Shown in pieces: positions 39,076-64,000 of a DNA stretch of 64,000 bases. Each line of letters opens with the position of its first letter. The first letter of the stretch is position 1. The notes under the pieces were generated by a model. That model was given only the letters and a program-made list of their open reading frames with translations. It ran no database searches and was not told the DNA's origin. The translations under genes and the position numbers were made by a program. This stretch comes from Amoebidium appalachense (lineage: Eukaryota > Protista > Ichthyosporea): the NCBI GenBank assembly GCA_963693365.1, contig CAVNZM010000008.1:3377572-3441571 (forward strand), read 5' to 3'.

Positions 39076-39779
39076 TCTGCCTCGAGCAGCCTAAGCCTGG
39101 GATGCTCTGTTTGTTCCCATAATCCTGCAAATAGTGAGCTTGTGAATGTTTTGTATCTGTGCGTGTGTGTGCGCACGCGCATGTGCGCGCGCGCATGATT
39201 TGAAGTCGAAGTTGTATGTGTGTGTGTGTGTTTGTGTGTTTGTGTGTGTGTGTGCGTGTGTGCGTGTGTGTGCGCGCATGTGGGTGTGATTGTGTGTGTG
39301 TGTGTGTCTGTGTGTGTGTGTATGTGTGTGCGGGCGTGTGGGTTTGTGCCTGTCTGCGTGTGTATGTACGTGTGCACGAGTGAGTTGGTTGGTTGGTGGT
39401 TGAATGGGTGGTGTGTATGTGCATGTGTGTGTATGTGTGCGTCTCTGGGCACTTGCGCAAGGGTCACGGTGCTAATGTGTGTCGCGCGTCACATCTAGAT
39501 CTCGCTGTGCACGTGTGTGTACATGTGCGTGCACACACGCGTGTCACATGTACAAGTGTGTGTGTCTTGTGTGCACGTGTGAATGTTCGTGTTTGTGCGT
39601 GTGTGCCCATTACGCACAGGCATGTGCACGTGATAGTCACGTGGTTGTATGTACTCTCGTCTCTGTGGATTAAGCTTTAAAGTTCTTTGGGCAAGGGGAA
39701 TTCCGGGGGTCGATGCGTGTGTGGGTGGATGGTTGGGGTGGCTGGCTGGGTGGTGGGGGTGGCTGGAGGGGGAGCTGGG

Positions 39780-39829
<50 letters not shown>

Positions 39830-39830
<1 letters not shown>

Positions 39831-42176
39831 GGATCATGGGAGGCAAAGGCTGCAAGCTGAAGTTGTAAGGAGCATGTCATCCTCACATGCCGCAGTCTTA
39901 CGTCATCAGACGCCATATCCATCAAATCATACATCATGCCCGTCAGCATACATCCGTGTCTCTGTTCTCTCGGGGCAAATATATGTTGGAAAGTTTCTTC
40001 CTTTCCAGGCGAATATTTGAGCTATTTTAATGCTGCACACGTTCAACACGCTATTTCTGCCCTAACTAAAAAAAAGGCTTGTGGTCCGAATGCCCTTCCA
40101 CCCGCGCTTCTTAAGGCATTGTGCCCTCCGCCCGTTATTACCAAAGGCGGGAATACGCCGCCTCTACCCCCCTTTGCGTATTTGGTGAGCGAGTTTTTCT
40201 CTGCCTTCTATGAGTTGGGATTCATTCCTTCGTCGTGGGATGACACCATTATAAATCCCGTCCGCAAGAAGGTCTCTACTGGTCCGTTTTCTTCCTTCCG
40301 GCCAGTCACCTTAACTAACATATTTCGTCGCCTATTCGAGTCCTGCATATTGCGCGCCTTCCACAAGCATGAGACCTTATCGAGTGTCTTCCGGTTGAGA
40401 AACATTCAGGGCGGATTTCGGCGTGCTTATTCGTGCTATACTCATGCTCTTTTATTACACGACACTATTCGTTCTGGATGTCATGAGGTATGCTTTATCG
40501 ACCTTAAGAATGCCTATGACACGGTTCCACCGAATTTGCTGTGGCACAAGTTGGCCTCTCGAGGGCTACCTCTTCCCTTTGGTCGGCTACTTCAGGCGTT
40601 ATTTGACCGCACCCATGGGGCTGCCGTTGTGAATGGGGTTCTGAGTAACGGATTCAATCGTACTCGAGGCCTTTTACAGGGCTCACTTTTGAGTCCCCTT
40701 CTCTTTGATGTCTTTATTGACGACTTAGCGGTAGAAATTCAACAATTAATCCAGTTGCCGGCGACTCTTGTGTCTCCGGCCTTTATTTCGCTGATGATAT
40801 TGTCTTAGTCATTCACGATCCTTCTATCATGAATAACATGCTTTCTCGAGTAGATGACTGGTGTTTCCGAAATTTCATGAAAATTGGGATAGATAAATGC
40901 GGCACCTTCTCTTCCAATGCACAGTACACTCTGAACAATCAACCTATCCCAATCGTGTCCTCCTATGACTATTTAGGTATTCCTTTCACCTCTAAGGGTA
41001 TCTGGTTTGAGCGCCTTTTGACTTCGCGCATTTCTCGTGCGCGTGGTCGCTTACATATCTATCAAGGAATATTCGCAAATATCTCTAATATTCATCCTGC
41101 CAATTTGCTCACTCTTTATAAAGTTCTTCTTCGTCCATGTTTCGAATATTCGAATATGGCCTCTCGTTACTCTTGTGTGCCCCTTCACGGCAACAGCGCG
41201 CGGCTCTTCGGGAATTCGATTCCTTTCAGCGTGAATTCATCCAGCCTGTTATTTCTCGAACCTCGCGTAGGCATCCTTTGGCGGCTCCCTTGCTGAGTGT
41301 TTTTGGTCTCCCTCCGGCGCGCCGGCGTATGAGTGAATTAGGACTTCGCTTTTGTTTTCATTTGGTTAGGCTTCCTTCTTATCATCCTTTGTTGCAATTC
41401 TTTCCTTCTTTAGCACCTGTTCCCGGCATTTCTAATGTTCGTGGGGAAAATGTCCTATCCCCAATCTCTCTCCCATTCCGAGATATCCATTTTAAATACT
41501 TATATCCTTTATTTTTCTCTTCTACTAGTTATCAGCAGTATGTTACTTGGAATCATACTCAATATCCTTTGCTTCATCGTTGTGATAAAGAGTATCATGG
41601 TAGGGCTCTTGAGCCTGTGCTTCTTTCTATATTAGAGACTCGTCTATTTTCTTTACAATCGTTGTGTAAATTAGCTACTCATATTTATCCTTCCTCTCGT
41701 AAACCTACCACACTTACCGATTTTGCAATTCTAACCTCTCCTTGTGATATAGCTTGGAAATGTTCATTTTGGCGCTGTAACCTTTGTTTCCATAAATGTT
41801 TGTGCCACTTTTGTGCAGAACCTTTTTCTCGTAAACACTTAGATAGATGTATTTATTCATCTCAGATTATTCCGTTAGAAATTAGAAGACTGGCTTATTT
41901 AGATACTCCTGATATTACGTCTATTGACTATCTGTTGAACCACGGTATGTTTAACGAGTTTTCTAGGGTGTATGATTATTGAAGTCGTTATCTCCTCCGT
42001 ATCCGAGAGTGAGGGCTTTTGTATTTTCTTCTCCGAGATATCAGTGATATCTCGATGGCTTCTCCTCCGTATCCGAGAGTGAGGGCTTTTGTATTTTCAT
42101 CTCCGAGATATCGGTGATATCTCGATGGCTTCTATTTTGCTGAGCATATCAATAAAGTCATTATTAAAAAAAAAAA
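39830..42176 (+). mobile_element. Non-LTR retrotransposon (LINE-like), 5'-truncated, with frameshifted RT ORF and C-terminal CCHC knuckle
   Basis: Three consecutive ORFs in different frames (39936-40808, 40829-41296, 41137-41982) carry KACGPNALP, IPSSWDDTIINPVRKK, FRPVTLTNIFRRLFE, QGGFR, FIDLKNAYDTVP, GLLQGSLLSPLLFDVFIDDL, YFADDIV (after a frameshift near 40770), YDYLGIPF and CHFCAEPFSRKHLDRC. AATAAA at 42151 and A11 tail at 42166-42176. No endonuclease domain seen; the 5' boundary is approximate (next to a poly-G run). Confidence 0.88.
41991..42130 (+). repeat. Tandem 70-bp duplication in the retrotransposon 3' UTR, each copy with a hairpin
   Basis: 41991-42060 and 42061-42130 differ at 2 positions; each contains CGAGATATC-(A/G)GT-GATATCTCG. 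Confidence 0.9.
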
Positions 42177-42208
42177 GTTTCAATCAGTCAATAGGAACCG
42201 GGGGTGAG

Positions 42209-42247
<39 letters not shown>

Positions 42248-43175
42248 CCCTCTCTCCTCCCCCCTCCCCCCAGCCCCCGCTCAGTGAGTCAGTGTCCACC
42301 GCAACCTCTCCCGTTTATTACAATAACCATTCCAGTAGTAATAACTGTGTGTGTGTTTGTGTGTGTGTGTGCGTGTGTGTGTGTGTGTGCCACGGTGCAC
42401 GTGCCCGGGGGAGAGGGGGGGGGGGGGGGAGGGGGGAGAGAGATGGCTGCCTGCGCTGTGACCGAACAACCGGGTAGACGTTGGTCAAAATAATCTTACA
42501 GGCACAATAATAACTCGCGAGGTATTATGATGACGCCCCTACACACCCGACACTGTGCATAATAATAATGACATCATCAGTACGGCATGCGCACCTCTCA
42601 GCCAGCTCCTCCTCGCCAGCTCCTCCTCTCCGAAGTACTGTACACACTGAACTTTTCGGCCCCGTCGCCCAGTGATTATCTCAGAGGGTCTTCGCAAGGT
42701 TTTCTGCAACGGCCCTGGGCCATCACCCCTCCGTGACTCCCGGACCTCCTCCTCATCCCTCCCCTCCCCCCTCCCCCCCAGTCACCCCTTCCCCCTCCCC
42801 GGGGGCCCCCTCCCCCCACCCCCACTACACACGCACAAAAACACACACAGGCACACGCTACCACCAGCACCACCATCACCACCATCATCACATGTGTGAC
42901 TGCAACTGTACATGCCAACAATCTGAAAACCTTTCGAATTCAGGCCTGGCCCCATATAGTCTGCTCACATTGACGTACATCCCGGGGGGCGTATGTTGCA
43001 ACGATACAATCCTCTACGACGTAGGAAATATTTACGGACACAACCACAGGCAGAACCAACCGCATGCAAACACTCACGCATGCACAGCACACACACACAC
43101 GTGCAAACATGAGATGTTAGAATTATGTGCATGAGCTCATGAGCCTACACTGTAAACCGTTCGGAACGAGCCGCG

Positions 43176-43216
<41 letters not shown>

Positions 43217-43337
43217 CAACGTTGACTTGGACCAAGTCTCGCCATCAGTGATGGCCGGGACAAAACGCAAATAGATCTGGGTCGTCTCCCCAAGCATTAG
43301 CCAATAGCACGCCGGCAATAGTTTCAATGTGCATATC

Positions 43338-43358
43338 ATGACGTCATATGTAACCAAT
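43338..43358. promoter_or_regulatory. CRE palindrome plus adjacent CCAAT box ~170 bp upstream of the ABCB ATG
   Basis: ATGACGTCAT at 43338-43347 followed by CCAAT at 43354. Confidence 0.45.
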
Positions 43359-43517
43359 CAGCGCGCAGGACCTGAATACCATCATTACCATGCATATATA
43401 AGGTTATGCAACGCGGGTTCGTGACCTTGCTTTTCATTTTCATCGTTTCGTTTCTCGAGTGGGAGCCTCGCAAGATCCTTTTTCATATAGAGAGCACATT
43501 GGAACAACGTAGGGAGA

Positions 43518-63623
<20,106 letters not shown>

Positions 63624-63640
63624 GTAGGAACCCTCCCCCC

Positions 63641-63716
<76 letters not shown>

Positions 63717-64000
63717 ACACACACTAAAGTTGATTGATGAATTGGATTAGCAACCGATGGATGATAATTAATCGAGAAAAGAATGAAGAAATAAAGGAAG
63801 TGAGGGAGAAGGAGACAGAAAGAAGGAAACAAGGAAAAAAAAGAAAGTATTATTAAAGGAGAAAGTAGAAGGAATCACGTTGCAAAACTCCATCGTCAAA
63901 TCAACCAACCATGTCGTTTCCTTCTCCCACCCAGCAATGTGTATATTGCAAACGGGTGTTGCTTTCTTCTTGTTTTCTCTCCCCCCCCCCCTTCCCCCCC

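Noticed and set aside
39820-42200. Target-site duplication around the LINE
   Set aside because: No matching direct repeat found by eye at the two ends.

Overview
Intron-rich eukaryotic genomic DNA, probably from a unicellular eukaryote; the lineage cannot be fixed from the sequence alone. Introns and intergenic DNA are saturated with C/G homopolymers and (CA)n/(TG)n/(GA)n microsatellites, so nearly all ORFs in the supplied track are low-complexity noise. By manually splicing at GT/GC-AG sites I reconstructed four + strand multi-exon genes: (1) a ~760-aa type-II membrane protein with Cys-rich repeats, an EGF module and a GH114 endo-alpha-1,4-galactosaminidase domain; (2) mitochondrial Hsp70; (3) an M20D amidohydrolase; (4) a full-length-type ABCB (P-glycoprotein-like) exporter that runs off the window. 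There is also an intronless secreted Cys-rich repeat protein, a 5'-truncated and frameshifted non-LTR retrotransposon, and a probable but unresolved minus-strand gene. The most striking unexplained structure is the intron architecture. About 33 of ~55 reconstructed donors are followed within ~30 nt by a sense-strand C-run. Several acceptors have (CA)n or poly-A in place of a polypyrimidine tract. Polarised CnAm/TmGn compound runs recur and sometimes bracket exons. Homopolymer lengths may be partly sequencing artefact.
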